This document shows positions 51,180-61,433 of a stretch of 64,000 bases of DNA, one piece after another (position 1 is the first letter of the stretch; each line of letters starts with the position of its first letter). Under the pieces are notes generated by a model, which did not search any database, had not been told where the DNA came from, and saw nothing but the letters and a program-made list of their open reading frames with translations. The stretch is taken from contig CAYTPK010000007.1 of NCBI GenBank assembly GCA_964439905.1, positions 1,294 to 65,293 of the forward strand, in the 5' to 3' direction. This DNA comes from an uncultured Dehalococcoidia bacterium (GTDB lineage Bacteria > Chloroflexota > Dehalococcoidia > Lucifugimonadales > GCA-2712585). The position numbers were made by a program, and so were the translations under genes.

Positions 51180-53171
51180 TCACCGACTTTTTCCGCCATT
51201 ATTCATCAACTTATTAGTTAATTTAAAGTTTTTTAGGATGTGGGTAGCCGGCCATAGAGCTACGACAGTTCCTACAATCATTATAGGGCCGGCTACCCAC
51301 ATCCACCATACCAACGGATTAATCATGACTCTAAATCCAATTTTATCCGTTCCAGCTCTGGCTTCACTGGGGACAATATACAAATCTTCAAAAGGAGTCG
51401 AATTAATACCTGCTCTCGTAGCACTCATATCAAAGTTTCTGTAGAACGTGCGTTCCGTTTGTAATGTGATGGTAGATCCGGCATCGGTCCTCGCTTCTAG
51501 TGTGAAAAATGCTTCGCTCCGATCAATGAGCTCTGTTCCAGACGAATTTACATACGTTATGGTGTATTTTCCTATGTCCACAGTTTCCCCCGGGGCTAAT
51601 AACACGTCTTTTTGTGTGGAGAAGAATGATGTGCCGGTAATACCGAGGGCTAGTGCCATAACTGCTATATGTACTATGTAACCACCATATCGAGGTCGAT
51701 TAGATGAAACTAATAGAAATAGCGATCTTATATAAGATTTGCCTCTTTCTTTGACGGCTCTTGTCCCAGCTACAAACTCGCTTAAAATTCCTGTGGTTAC
51801 CATGATTATTAGTCCAAAGGATAATAAGGCAAGAGGATTTGTTATTTCGAATATCAGTAATAAGATTACGCCGCACAATCCAGATGAGAAAGGCAGCAAT
51901 AGATTGTTTCTGAGTCGGTTAAGAGATGCCTGGCGCCATGGAAGAAACGGACCAATCCCCATTAGGAAAATCAGGCAAAGAAACAGAGGACCGTTAACTT
52001 GATTATAAAATGGTTGCCCTACTGTAATTGTAAAACCCGTGATTAGTTCGGATAGAATAGGGTATATTCCTCCCCAAAGAGTAACGAAAGCTACGGAAAG
52101 TAGTAGTAAGTTATTCATTAGAAATGACGATTCTCTTGAAAGAATAGATTGCAGTGGTCTGGCGCTTTTAAGTCGATTAAAACGGAAGGAAAAAATTGCA
52201 AACGGGATAACCGTTCCGACAATCAAAAAAGTGAGAAAGACCCATCCCAAGGTTGAAGCAGCGAATGAGTGAACTGATGGTACAGGTCCGCCTCGGTTTA
52301 TAAACATACCGAAAAGGGCTAATCCAAATGATATAAATATTAAGACCAAGTTCCACATACGGAACATACCGAGCCGTTTCTGTACCATTATGGAATGTAT
52401 GAAGGCCGTGAGTCCTAGCCATGGCATAAGGCCAGCGTTTTCCACTGGATCCCACGCCCAATAACCGCCCCAGCCAAGAATTGTGTAGGCCCACCATCCC
52501 CCTAATAATAATCCGGAACCAAGCACGGCCCACGCAAGGATCCCCCACGTCCTACCGGCGTCGACCCATTCATCGCTTACATTATTGGAGAGAAGGGCTC
52601 CTATCGCAAAGGAAAAAGGGACGCTTACCATAACCAATCCAGACATCAATAATGGAGGATGGAAAAACATACCGGGATGACGCAGCAGAGGATTTATACC
52701 ACGACCATCTACTGGTATTTCAGCCAGCTTTTCGAAGGGATTGGCCAAAAAAGTCATTACTAATAGGAAAAATGTAAGTATGAACATCAAAGTAGCTATG
52801 GTGTAAGGAAGGGAAGACTTCAAAGTGGATTGGGATGAAGCTACGGCTAAAGTAGATAGAACAGAAAGTAATGCCGCAATAAACAGTAAAGATCCTTCAT
52901 TACCAGCATAAATAGCAACCCAGGTGTATAAACGCGGCATGGATAAGCTACTATGTTCGAAAACGTATTTGAGTTCGAAGTCTCTGTCCAAAAAAGATCC
53001 CACTAGAGAGAAGGCTGATATCATTAGTGCGAGGGTGGTCAAATAGCTTGCAAACCTGGCGCTGTCAATCAGGCCGTGGTTGTCGAGAACTTTGCCCATC
53101 ACGGATCCTATGGCAGCATATATTGCGAGTACTAGCCCTATAAGGAGCGATATAAATCCAAGATCACCCAT
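51180..53171 (-). CDS. ccmF: Cytochrome c heme lyase CcmF
   Basis: GNEGSLL, GINPLL.HP, HPP, WWD motif LGWGGYWAWDPVENA, SVHSFA, NPLV.WMW. Confidence 0.97.
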   Translation of the reverse strand: MGDLGFISLLIGLVLAIYAAIGSVMGKVLDNHGLIDSARFASYLTTLALMISAFSLVGSFLDRDFELKYVFEHSSLSMPRLYTWVAIYAGNEGSLLFIAALLSVLSTLAVASSQSTLKSSLPYTIATLMFILTFFLLVMTFLANPFEKLAEIPVDGRGINPLLRHPGMFFHPPLLMSGLVMVSVPFSFAIGALLSNNVSDEWVDAGRTWGILAWAVLGSGLLLGGWWAYTILGWGGYWAWDPVENAGLMPWLGLTAFIHSIMVQKRLGMFRMWNLVLIFISFGLALFGMFINRGGPVPSVHSFAASTLGWVFLTFLIVGTVIPFAIFSFRFNRLKSARPLQSILSRESSFLMNNLLLLSVAFVTLWGGIYPILSELITGFTITVGQPFYNQVNGPLFLCLIFLMGIGPFLPWRQASLNRLRNNLLLPFSSGLCGVILLLIFEITNPLALLSFGLIIMVTTGILSEFVAGTRAVKERGKSYIRSLFLLVSSNRPRYGGYIVHIAVMALALGITGTSFFSTQKDVLLAPGETVDIGKYTITYVNSSGTELIDRSEAFFTLEARTDAGSTITLQTERTFYRNFDMSATRAGINSTPFEDLYIVPSEARAGTDKIGFRVMINPLVWWMWVAGPIMIVGTVVALWPATHILKNFKLTNKLMNNGGKSR

Positions 53172-53222
53172 TAATTTATCCTTTCTGGACTATTTGTTGT
53201 AAGTCGTATGTATATCAAATTA

Positions 53223-53747
53223 TCAGTCCTGACGTTCTGATGAGAACTTCTCATCTGTAGGAGTAATAGGTCTTTCATGATCAAAAAAGGAGTCCTTATA
53301 GGATTCACGGACTTTCGAAGGGTTTCTCTTCATCGCCTTCAGCGTGAAGTATAGAATCAATATAGCAAAACAAACAGATACAGGAGGAACAATCCAGATT
53401 AAAAGTGTAAAGCCAGTTTTCGGGGGTTCTGCTAATACGCTGACACCATATCTGTCTTCCGAGGAGAAGTAATCCAGAATTTCTTTCTGGCTCCATCCGT
53501 TATTCAATTTTTGTCGTACAAGTAATCGCATATCTCGTGCTATGGGTACTTGGGCTTCTGCTATGGTTTCTGCTGGGCAAACCGGACAGATTAATAATCC
53601 ATCTATTTCCTGAGCCTGTTGTTCAAGAGGAATGGAATCTCTAGAGTTACAAGCGAATAATGCCATCATCGAAAACAAAATAGCAAAAACTAGAACGATT
53701 TTCGGATTGTGGAAAGTTGTATATTTAGGAGACAAATATATTTCCAT
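53223..53747 (-). CDS. ccmH: Cytochrome c biogenesis protein CcmH
   Basis: LICPVC, IA...P.ARDMR, YG..VL.EPP, LIWIVP. Confidence 0.93.
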   Translation of the reverse strand: MEIYLSPKYTTFHNPKIVLVFAILFSMMALFACNSRDSIPLEQQAQEIDGLLICPVCPAETIAEAQVPIARDMRLLVRQKLNNGWSQKEILDYFSSEDRYGVSVLAEPPKTGFTLLIWIVPPVSVCFAILILYFTLKAMKRNPSKVRESYKDSFFDHERPITPTDEKFSSERQD

Positions 53748-53869
53748 AATTTATTTAGTTTAACTGTTCAGTTCTCTCTGCGGTCTCAACACAGTAATGC
53801 AAAATTGGGAAACATATCGATCCAAAAGCCTGCATTATCCTTTAGCCGTATATGGGACGAATTCTGTTC

Positions 53870-54460
53870 TTAATCCGGGAGCCCGGCTTTAATATAATTT
53901 ACAAGACTCCAACGCTCTTCTGGAGTTAGTAGTTTTTGGAACAATGGCATTGCTCCATCGCTGACTATAAGATCTTCGTTGCTTATCATAGTGAAAAGGA
54001 AACTATCCGGTAAAGCGATTGCGATCCGTAGATCAGGGCTTAACTTGGGCTGGTATCCATATTTGTCGATCATGGTCGTAAGGACTGTTCCGTCCCCGGC
54101 ACCTGAATCCCCGTGACACATAGCACAGTTGATTTCGAATAGTGCTTTGCCTTCTTCGATGTCCTCGCCTGGTTTCGGATTTACTACCGAATTGAACGTG
54201 TCAGGGGTTAATAATATTTCCTTTCCTGTGATAGGTACGGCCCCCGTGGGCGGATACAGTCTTGGAGGCTGCTGGGAGTGATAAGAGTCTTGGTAGTGCA
54301 TTTCTGGAAATATATCCACTGGGTAGGTTCCCTGTGCACAGGCAGTGCCGGTCATGAGTATAGACAGTAAAAGGATACCTAGAAACATCGGTAATCTTTT
54401 CCGGTTGCTGCTATAGACTTTGTCTAGGTAAGAAATCATTTTATTAAAACCGAACATCAA
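53870..54460 (-). CDS. actE: Alternative complex III subunit ActE-like monoheme cytochrome c (probable lipoprotein)
   Basis: Lipobox-like GTAC, EMHYQ, PP.GAVP, CAMCH, GAMP, ERW.LVNYI. Confidence 0.85.
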   Translation of the reverse strand: MMFGFNKMISYLDKVYSSNRKRLPMFLGILLLSILMTGTACAQGTYPVDIFPEMHYQDSYHSQQPPRLYPPTGAVPITGKEILLTPDTFNSVVNPKPGEDIEEGKALFEINCAMCHGDSGAGDGTVLTTMIDKYGYQPKLSPDLRIAIALPDSFLFTMISNEDLIVSDGAMPLFQKLLTPEERWSLVNYIKAGLPD

Positions 54461-54969
54461 ACAGATTCTTTCTTGACGTCAACTGCTCCGGCTTGGGTAA
54501 GTGCTTGTTCGACGTCGTTTACCTTGGATTCATCGCATGTCACAACTACTCCTATGTGACCTTCTGTGATTCTATCGTCATAAATTTGTTTTTTCATGCT
54601 GGGCAGCCTTGATTCGAAGATAATACCTATAACAGTAAAAAGGATTGCTCCTAGCATGGTCCCTTCGTAGGTTATTATAGCCATTGGAGGAACAGACAGC
54701 ACAGGCTTACCACCGGTGATTAATGGATAGGATACTTGTGTGGCTGTTGTGAGGAGTAGGGCTGTAGTCATACCAATCAGGGCACCTATAAACGGGAATA
54801 TATATAGCCTATGGCTACTATGTCGTTCCCCTAACGCTCCTTCTGGATAAGGAGTATCTGTGAGAAAATCAAAATCCTCATTAGTCAAACCAGCGCGTTC
54901 TAAAGCTTCTCCTGCTTCAGCAGCATAGTTCGCGTCAGTGTATAGGCCCAAGATTGCTTTTTTTGTCAT
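54457..54969 (-). CDS. actD: Alternative complex III subunit ActD (DUF3341-like)
   Basis: TPYP, two TMs around YPLITGGKP, ITYE.TML, YD.RIT.G. Confidence 0.88.
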   Translation of the reverse strand: MTKKAILGLYTDANYAAEAGEALERAGLTNEDFDFLTDTPYPEGALGERHSSHRLYIFPFIGALIGMTTALLLTTATQVSYPLITGGKPVLSVPPMAIITYEGTMLGAILFTVIGIIFESRLPSMKKQIYDDRITEGHIGVVVTCDESKVNDVEQALTQAGAVDVKKESV

Positions 54970-54979
54970 AATTTTACCT

Positions 54980-56356
54980 CTAATCTTCCCTAATTACCGC
55001 AGGCACTTTTCTTCGCCCTACCTGGATTTCATCTGTAAGAATCTGGCCCTCTTTGATGTCGAATATGGGTATTAACGGGAATAATTTCGCAAAAAGAAGG
55101 AATAACAATAGTACCATTGCGAACGTGCCGGCCACTATAGTTATTTCTACAGCGCTTGGAGCATAGGTATACCAGGTTCCAGAAAATACCTGCTTTCTAG
55201 CAAGTGCCGGTACAATGATTATGAAGCGCTCCAGCCACATTCCTATGTTAACAAGTATAGTCGTCACTACCATCCAGAACATGCTCCTTCGTACGCTGCT
55301 GAAGAGCCACATAGGTACAGGAATGCAGAATGAGCACACGATAAATGTCACGAAGAACCATACCCATGGAGGTTCAAACATCTGCATGTGTTTTGTGGCG
55401 AGTTCGTCCCCTTCCTGTCCATATATTCCAAATATTAATTCGAAAGCGAAGAAATAAAACCAACCTAATGCTATTACTACTAATAATTTGGCCAGGGATT
55501 CGATGTGCTCCTTACGTATATACTCTTCCCAACCGAAGAGCCATCTCATAAATATCATCACGGTGACTACTCCTGACACACCTGATAGTACAGCTCCTAT
55601 TACAAAATAAGGGGCGAATATAGTCGAATGCCAAGATTTAACTGAGATTGCCATGGCGAAGTCCCATGAAACAATACTATGTACCGATACGAACACGGGT
55701 AATATAAGTGCAGATAGTAGGATCCCCGCGATTGCCTGGAACTTCCATTGCCGAGCACTACCTCTCCAGCCTAGAGCTAGTAAACCGTATATTTTCCTCC
55801 TAATCCCGGTGGTACGGTCTCTGATGACCGCTAGGTCTGGTATAAGAGCTACAAATACGAATAAGATACTTGATGTCAAATATGTATTAATCGCTGATGG
55901 ATCCCATACCAAAGCGGATCTTACGTCGGGCCATATACCTCGTGAAAAGTCATAAGGGAATACCCAATAAATGACTCTCCAAGGGCGCCCTGCGTGGATA
56001 AGAGGCATCATAACTGCTGTCATAAGGGAAAAAATGGTAAGGACCTCAGCAGCTCTAGTAGCTGGCCTTCTCCATTCGGCTTTGGATAGTCGTAGGATAG
56101 CGGATAGCATGACACCGGCGTGACTAATTCCGATCCAGAAAACAAAGTTTGTAATAAAGAATCCCCAGTAGACCGGCCTATTAAGTCCTGTCACACCTAA
56201 TCCGGTGCCAATCATGTATCCAGCAGCACCCATGGCTCCCAGAGTAACCATCGCCAAAAATCCTACAATGAGCCAATACCGCAAGGGATTCTCGAATAGT
56301 CCCCTCAGGAGATCATTATTTATGCGCTTGGCGCTAAGAATTCTTCCTTCTTGCAC
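54980..56356 (-). CDS. actC: Alternative complex III quinol-binding subunit ActC (NrfD/PsrC family)
   Basis: PVYWGFFITNFVFWIGISHAG, RAAE, HAGRPW, SALVWD, VSVHSIVSWDFA, WHSTIFAPYFV.GA, GMWLERF. Confidence 0.92.
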   Translation of the reverse strand: MQEGRILSAKRINNDLLRGLFENPLRYWLIVGFLAMVTLGAMGAAGYMIGTGLGVTGLNRPVYWGFFITNFVFWIGISHAGVMLSAILRLSKAEWRRPATRAAEVLTIFSLMTAVMMPLIHAGRPWRVIYWVFPYDFSRGIWPDVRSALVWDPSAINTYLTSSILFVFVALIPDLAVIRDRTTGIRRKIYGLLALGWRGSARQWKFQAIAGILLSALILPVFVSVHSIVSWDFAMAISVKSWHSTIFAPYFVIGAVLSGVSGVVTVMIFMRWLFGWEEYIRKEHIESLAKLLVVIALGWFYFFAFELIFGIYGQEGDELATKHMQMFEPPWVWFFVTFIVCSFCIPVPMWLFSSVRRSMFWMVVTTILVNIGMWLERFIIIVPALARKQVFSGTWYTYAPSAVEITIVAGTFAMVLLLFLLFAKLFPLIPIFDIKEGQILTDEIQVGRRKVPAVIRED

Positions 56357-56365
56357 TGGAACTCC

Positions 56366-57775
56366 TTAATCGGGTCTCCCGACGACCAGGAAATTTTCTC
56401 GCATAAGCGGGCGTACTCTTTGATACAGTAACCCTTCCTTAAATTCCCAAATAGATATCATGGGAAATATTTTTGCAGCCAGCATGTAAAGCAAGATAAC
56501 TCCGGATAAGACACCGAAGATTATCACTATGTCTAGGAAATCCGGGCCAATAGCCTCTGGAACAAACAGAAGTTCATGTCCTACTACATCTCTAAGGCCA
56601 AATGCCGGAACATATAGACGTACTGTCATAAAAAATGCACCAATGAGTACGCTAACGGCCACAAAAGTTGGTCCTAAAATACTTTTACGCGCAGGATTCC
56701 AAATCAATACTAGAAATGGCAACAGGAAGCTGAAAAAGAAGTTAAGGAGGAATGGCCACCTGTAGGCCTCCGCCATAAACGTTTTTAAAATAGTTTGTTC
56801 GACTGGCATTCTTCCATACCAGAGTGTCATCATTGCGGCAAACCAGAAATAGAACCAAAGCAGGCTTAGTGCTAGCATTATTTTGCTAATCGACCAAAAT
56901 GATTCCATCGGGAAATATTTTTTCGTTTCCTGATTACCAAAAGTTTTTGTTAAAAATGCGGTAATAACTACGAGCCCTATCCCGGTTTGAATCCCGGTTA
57001 GGGATATATGAGCCGGCATTATAGCGTCTTTCCAGCCTGGGACTAGAGACATCACGAAATCCACATTGATAAGACTCTGGACTATTATTAGCAGTAGAAA
57101 GTAGGTAGCTCCAAGAGATATCAAGGAAAGCCTATGGATGTTCCACTGTTGCTGAGAACCTTTCCACCAACGTACCAAGGGTTTAAGGAATGCACTTTTC
57201 TTTCCATTACTTTTTGAGACGGCCTGGGCTAGATCGGGTATACCAGAGACCACAAGGAGAGCTATCCCATTAATTACTAGGAATAATATACCGAGAAAAT
57301 CCCACCAAACTGGGGCTCCCGGAAATTGATCCGTGAACCAAATTGTTTTTCGGCCTTCTATGGGAGGTAACATGACAAGGAGAGGTATGTAGAGAAATAC
57401 GACGAGTATGCCGACGATAGCATAGAGTTCGGCAATTCTGGAGAAAGGTCTTCTCCAGTGGTTTTTTGTGAGGCGGAGGGCGGTTGCGACCAATGGTGCC
57501 GATCCTGCTGCCATAAGTACGAAAGCTGAAATGGCAGAAAAGTATCCCCAGTCGTAACGCTCATCATGATGAATGCCGCCATCCAGTGATTTAACGACGA
57601 ATGCTACTACACCGCCCAAAAAAATGGTGAGCAAAACCCAGAGCGTAGACTTATAAACAAGTCCAAAATCGAAGAACCCTCTACTAATTTCGGAGGCAAC
57701 TGTTTTTGGATCGATTTCTTCGCCATGGACAGAGATTTTAATAGTCTCTTTAAGCATGATGCTCCTCTTTTTCAT
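56366..57775 (-). CDS. Second NrfD-family subunit (ActF-like)
   Basis: About 10 TMs, WRRPFSRIAE, PDLA, DFVMSLVPGW; lacks the ActC HAG/HAGRPW/WD residues. Confidence 0.82.
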   Translation of the reverse strand: MKKRSIMLKETIKISVHGEEIDPKTVASEISRGFFDFGLVYKSTLWVLLTIFLGGVVAFVVKSLDGGIHHDERYDWGYFSAISAFVLMAAGSAPLVATALRLTKNHWRRPFSRIAELYAIVGILVVFLYIPLLVMLPPIEGRKTIWFTDQFPGAPVWWDFLGILFLVINGIALLVVSGIPDLAQAVSKSNGKKSAFLKPLVRWWKGSQQQWNIHRLSLISLGATYFLLLIIVQSLINVDFVMSLVPGWKDAIMPAHISLTGIQTGIGLVVITAFLTKTFGNQETKKYFPMESFWSISKIMLALSLLWFYFWFAAMMTLWYGRMPVEQTILKTFMAEAYRWPFLLNFFFSFLLPFLVLIWNPARKSILGPTFVAVSVLIGAFFMTVRLYVPAFGLRDVVGHELLFVPEAIGPDFLDIVIIFGVLSGVILLYMLAAKIFPMISIWEFKEGLLYQRVRPLMRENFLVVGRPD

Positions 57776-58490
57776 GGTGAACGTCGACCTTTTTCAAATA
57801 GATTACGCTTGGATCTGTACCTAGATTTTCTAATAATCTGTAATTACGGTGGTTTTTGGATTTTTTAACTACTTGGCTATTGGGATTATTTAGATCCCCA
57901 AAGGTTAGGGTGTCGGTAGGACAAGCCGAAACACACGCTGGGTTGTAGTTACCGTCTCGCATTGTTTCATCGTTTACTACCCGGCCTTGTTTTCCTTCGA
58001 TTACTCTCTCTGCTCTTCGGATACGTTGTATGCAGAACGTGCATTTTTCCATTATGCCGCGACTTCTTACTGTCACGTCTGGGTTTAGTTGATTCTTTAA
58101 GGTTTCCGGGAATTTGGGATTGAAGAAATTAAAAAAGCGGACTTGGTAAGGGCAGTTGTTTGCGCAATAACGTGTGCCGACACAGCGATTATAAACCTGC
58201 ACGTTGAGACCTTCGTTGTTGTGGTATGTAGCAAATACTGGACACACAGGCTCACAAGGGGCATTTTCGCAATGTTGACAAAGGACGGGAATAAATCTGG
58301 CCTTAATGTCGGGATATTCACCTTCCCAAAACCTATCTATACGTATCCATTGTTTAGCTCGCCTAGAAAGAAAATCTACCTTCTCATTCACTGGAATATT
58401 GTTTTCGGCTTGGCAGGCTATTACGCAGGCTTGGCAACCTGTACAGCGATCAATATCTATTACCATGCCCCATTTATGTTGTATCGCCAT
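57750..58490 (-). CDS. ActB2 iron-sulfur subunit (three 4Fe-4S plus one 3Fe-4S type motifs)
   Basis: CTGCQACVIAC, CQHCENAPCEPVCP, CVGTRYCANNCPY, NPDVTVRSRGIMEKCTFC, ACVSACP. Confidence 0.93.
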   Translation of the reverse strand: MAIQHKWGMVIDIDRCTGCQACVIACQAENNIPVNEKVDFLSRRAKQWIRIDRFWEGEYPDIKARFIPVLCQHCENAPCEPVCPVFATYHNNEGLNVQVYNRCVGTRYCANNCPYQVRFFNFFNPKFPETLKNQLNPDVTVRSRGIMEKCTFCIQRIRRAERVIEGKQGRVVNDETMRDGNYNPACVSACPTDTLTFGDLNNPNSQVVKKSKNHRNYRLLENLGTDPSVIYLKKVDVHHEKEEHHA

Positions 58491-58528
58491 TGTCTTACCT
58501 ATTACCCTTTGTGGATCTTTTTATAGAA

Positions 58529-60823
58529 TTAGCTCTCATTAGTTACCTTTGCTATAGTTTCTTCCTCACTGGTGGCATATGCTGGGACAATCCCTTCGAA
58601 TTTAGGTATTGGGGTTCTCTCTTGAGTTTTTGTGATCCTAACTGTTGTTGAAGCCCAAGCCAGCGATCCAGTTAGCTCGTCACGAGGCATTCCTAATATT
58701 TCCATAGGATTAGGTCCTCTGTCTGCAGAATACACATCGCCAGCTAGGCGCCCCTGACCAAATGGAATTGACACGATACTCGGTGGGACTGCTGGATGAT
58801 GGTACACTTGAGCGGTAATAGTTTTGCCGTTTGCTCCTTCCACAGTAACTATATCCCCTTCCTTAATACTCAGTCTTTCAGCTGTATCGGTATTCATTTC
58901 GATCCAAGATGTCCAAGCAACTGATGTTATGGGGTCCGGTGTGGATTGCAACCAAGGGATATGGGAGTTGCTTCCATCTGTTAGAGATATATGCTCGAAT
59001 GGGACAAGATGGAAAATGTTATGTGTGCTACCACTTGGGCCGCTTATAGTGGGTTCAGATTTTTGTTTTATAGTATCAATTAAACTTGGAATCCCTAAAG
59101 AGTTGCTATCAACTTTTGAGTCCAGATCCCACCAGACACCACGTTGGAGGAGAGTATTCCAGAAGGTGTCGAAGTTTGTCTCAGTTATTGATCCGCGATG
59201 TAAGGCGAATAGTTTGTTCGCATGGTCCCTGAGGAGGTCATAATATGAGTCGCTATTAAAAGTCGGGTTATTTGTCATACCCAATTCGTGTCCCATACGA
59301 ATTAAAATATCACCGAACGCCATAGGGGCAATTCCTGGCAGAGGATTAACCACAGGTTGTCCCATAGAAACGACCTGAAATCCTGGGCCTGGATCTGGAA
59401 TGTCGTTGCTCCAGCTTTCGAGTGTGACACGATCCGGTAAAATAAGATCTGCCATCTGGGACGTCTCATCAAGGAAACTAGAGAAGCTTACAATAAAAAT
59501 GTCATCTCGATTTATAGCTTCTTTGAATCTAAGATCTGCTGGCATAGAATAAACTGGATTGCACCCGTGAATCAGTATTAGTTTTATATTCCCTTCAGCA
59601 ATCTTTTGTGTTACGGATTGAAGGTCAAGCATGGAATCAGGTTTTAGGCTGACGTCCAATTCGGGGATTGGAGCGGACGGATTGAACACAAGCCCGCCTT
59701 CTGTATTAACAGACCCTACGAGGTGGTTTAATAAATAAATTGCATTCATGTTGAAGGATCCATTAGTGTGGGCAGCTGCATTGCCGCCGCCGATTGCCAA
59801 GCTTTTGGCGCCGTGTTTTGCGAATTCCCGAGCTGTTTCTCTTATTATGTCTGGTGTGTTCCTGTGTCTGACATGCGGGATTCCCAATTGGTCAGCGATT
59901 GTGTCGGGTGCAAAATCTATCAGTGCCCTAGACCCTTGGCCTTGTGTTAAGTCATCTGCGATCTCTTTGTTGACGAGACCTTCATCCAATAGGACGAAAG
60001 CGACGCTGAGAGCAAATTTTCCTTCCTGCCCAGGCGTTATAGGTAGCCATTCGTCTGCGTTGGCTGCAGTTAGGGAAAATCTGGAGTCAACGTGGATTAG
60101 AGTTCCACGATTACGTCCTTCTCCTTGTCTGAATTCCCCCCAACTCCTACCGTGTTTGACTGGGGCCAGCCATGTTCCCAGAAAATCTCCGCCAATCGAG
60201 AGGATGAACTCGGATCTTTCAATATCAAAATGTGGTAGTTTTTCTTGATGGAAAATTTGCTTTAACGTATTGGTATAAGCGATGTCGTCAATGGATTTGC
60301 AAACAGACTGGTTTCCCCCATACGCGCTAGTAAATTCTTGAATTAGTGATGCCAGGCTTCCCCTCTTGGGCCCGGTCATCATCAGCATTTGCTCATGATC
60401 GACTAGTGAGCCTAATTGTTCATACAGTATTCCAAGACTTTGATCCCAGTTCCCAGAAGGAACAAATGATTCGTTCGAACCTCTCGGTCCTGTTCTGATC
60501 ATAGGCCCGGATAATCTGTCGGGATGGTATAGTTCTTGGAGAAGGGCTTCTGACCTTATGCTACTAACACCTTTATTGGTCGGGAACATAGGATTTCCCT
60601 GAACCTTTTTGGCCCTGCCTTCTATGACTCTGACTAAAATCCCTTCGGTTTCTGGGCCGCCTCCCGTGGTCGCGTACCAGTTGTCTATGCCCGTGACTAG
60701 GTCCTCGGGAAGTCGTACTGGACTTTGGACGATAAATTCTTCCTCGTCGAAAAAATTACACGCTACCGCTCCTATAGTGGATAGGCTTGCCAGTTTTAGA
60801 AATTGTCTTCTTGAAATTAACAT
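58529..60823 (-). CDS. ActB1 molybdopterin-oxidoreductase-fold subunit, Tat-exported
   Basis: SRRQFLK twin-arginine, GAVAC lipobox-like, EGRAKKVQGNP, LYHPDRL, SLTAANAD, DETS..ADLILP...LESW, PDPITSVAW. Confidence 0.9.
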   Translation of the reverse strand: MLISRRQFLKLASLSTIGAVACNFFDEEEFIVQSPVRLPEDLVTGIDNWYATTGGGPETEGILVRVIEGRAKKVQGNPMFPTNKGVSSIRSEALLQELYHPDRLSGPMIRTGPRGSNESFVPSGNWDQSLGILYEQLGSLVDHEQMLMMTGPKRGSLASLIQEFTSAYGGNQSVCKSIDDIAYTNTLKQIFHQEKLPHFDIERSEFILSIGGDFLGTWLAPVKHGRSWGEFRQGEGRNRGTLIHVDSRFSLTAANADEWLPITPGQEGKFALSVAFVLLDEGLVNKEIADDLTQGQGSRALIDFAPDTIADQLGIPHVRHRNTPDIIRETAREFAKHGAKSLAIGGGNAAAHTNGSFNMNAIYLLNHLVGSVNTEGGLVFNPSAPIPELDVSLKPDSMLDLQSVTQKIAEGNIKLILIHGCNPVYSMPADLRFKEAINRDDIFIVSFSSFLDETSQMADLILPDRVTLESWSNDIPDPGPGFQVVSMGQPVVNPLPGIAPMAFGDILIRMGHELGMTNNPTFNSDSYYDLLRDHANKLFALHRGSITETNFDTFWNTLLQRGVWWDLDSKVDSNSLGIPSLIDTIKQKSEPTISGPSGSTHNIFHLVPFEHISLTDGSNSHIPWLQSTPDPITSVAWTSWIEMNTDTAERLSIKEGDIVTVEGANGKTITAQVYHHPAVPPSIVSIPFGQGRLAGDVYSADRGPNPMEILGMPRDELTGSLAWASTTVRITKTQERTPIPKFEGIVPAYATSEEETIAKVTNES

Positions 60824-60827
60824 AGCA

Positions 60828-61424
60828 TTAATAATGGCACGTAGTGCAGTCCGTCAGACCAGTATTTTCAGTAAGATGTTCGTTATTTCGGTGGCAGTCT
60901 ACGCAATCACCCATTTTTAATCGCCTCACTTGCTCTACCTCTACCATGTCGCGGATATCTCCATGGCACGTAGCACAGGCCGCTTCTAGTTCCAACCCCC
61001 GTGTTTCTGTCAGGAACCTCACGTGAGGTTCGTGAGAGAATTGTACATGATCGGGGAGTCTGTGTACTTTCTCCCAGTTAATTGGAATGTTGTTCTCGTA
61101 GTGGTCTATGACTTTCTGGATCTCTGGGGGTGCCTTATCTCCCTGGATGGTTTTATGGCAAAACACACAGAGTTCTACTGCTGGCACAGACGCTGAATCG
61201 CCCTCTAGAACATTTCTATGGCAAAAGGCACAGTCAATGCCGTCCACAGCCACGTGTTGTGTGTGGGGGAAGGCGATAGGTTGAGGAGGAGGATCGTTCC
61301 ATCCCAATACATTGAAGGGAAGGCCCCACCACGCCTTGAGGATAAATACGGCCAGTAAAACAACGGTGGTGGTAGCGAATACACCTCCTAATCCCAGTGA
61401 GAACCATATAAATTTCTTGGGCAT
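60828..61424 (-). CDS. actA: ActA-like pentaheme cytochrome c
   Basis: N-terminal TM, QPIAFPH..H, five CxxCH (CAFCH, CVFCH, CATCH, CVDCH, CTTCHY), LPDHV.FSH..H, MG.C. Confidence 0.92.
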   Translation of the reverse strand: MPKKFIWFSLGLGGVFATTTVVLLAVFILKAWWGLPFNVLGWNDPPPQPIAFPHTQHVAVDGIDCAFCHRNVLEGDSASVPAVELCVFCHKTIQGDKAPPEIQKVIDHYENNIPINWEKVHRLPDHVQFSHEPHVRFLTETRGLELEAACATCHGDIRDMVEVEQVRRLKMGDCVDCHRNNEHLTENTGLTDCTTCHY

Positions 61425-61433
61425 ATGGCGTCC

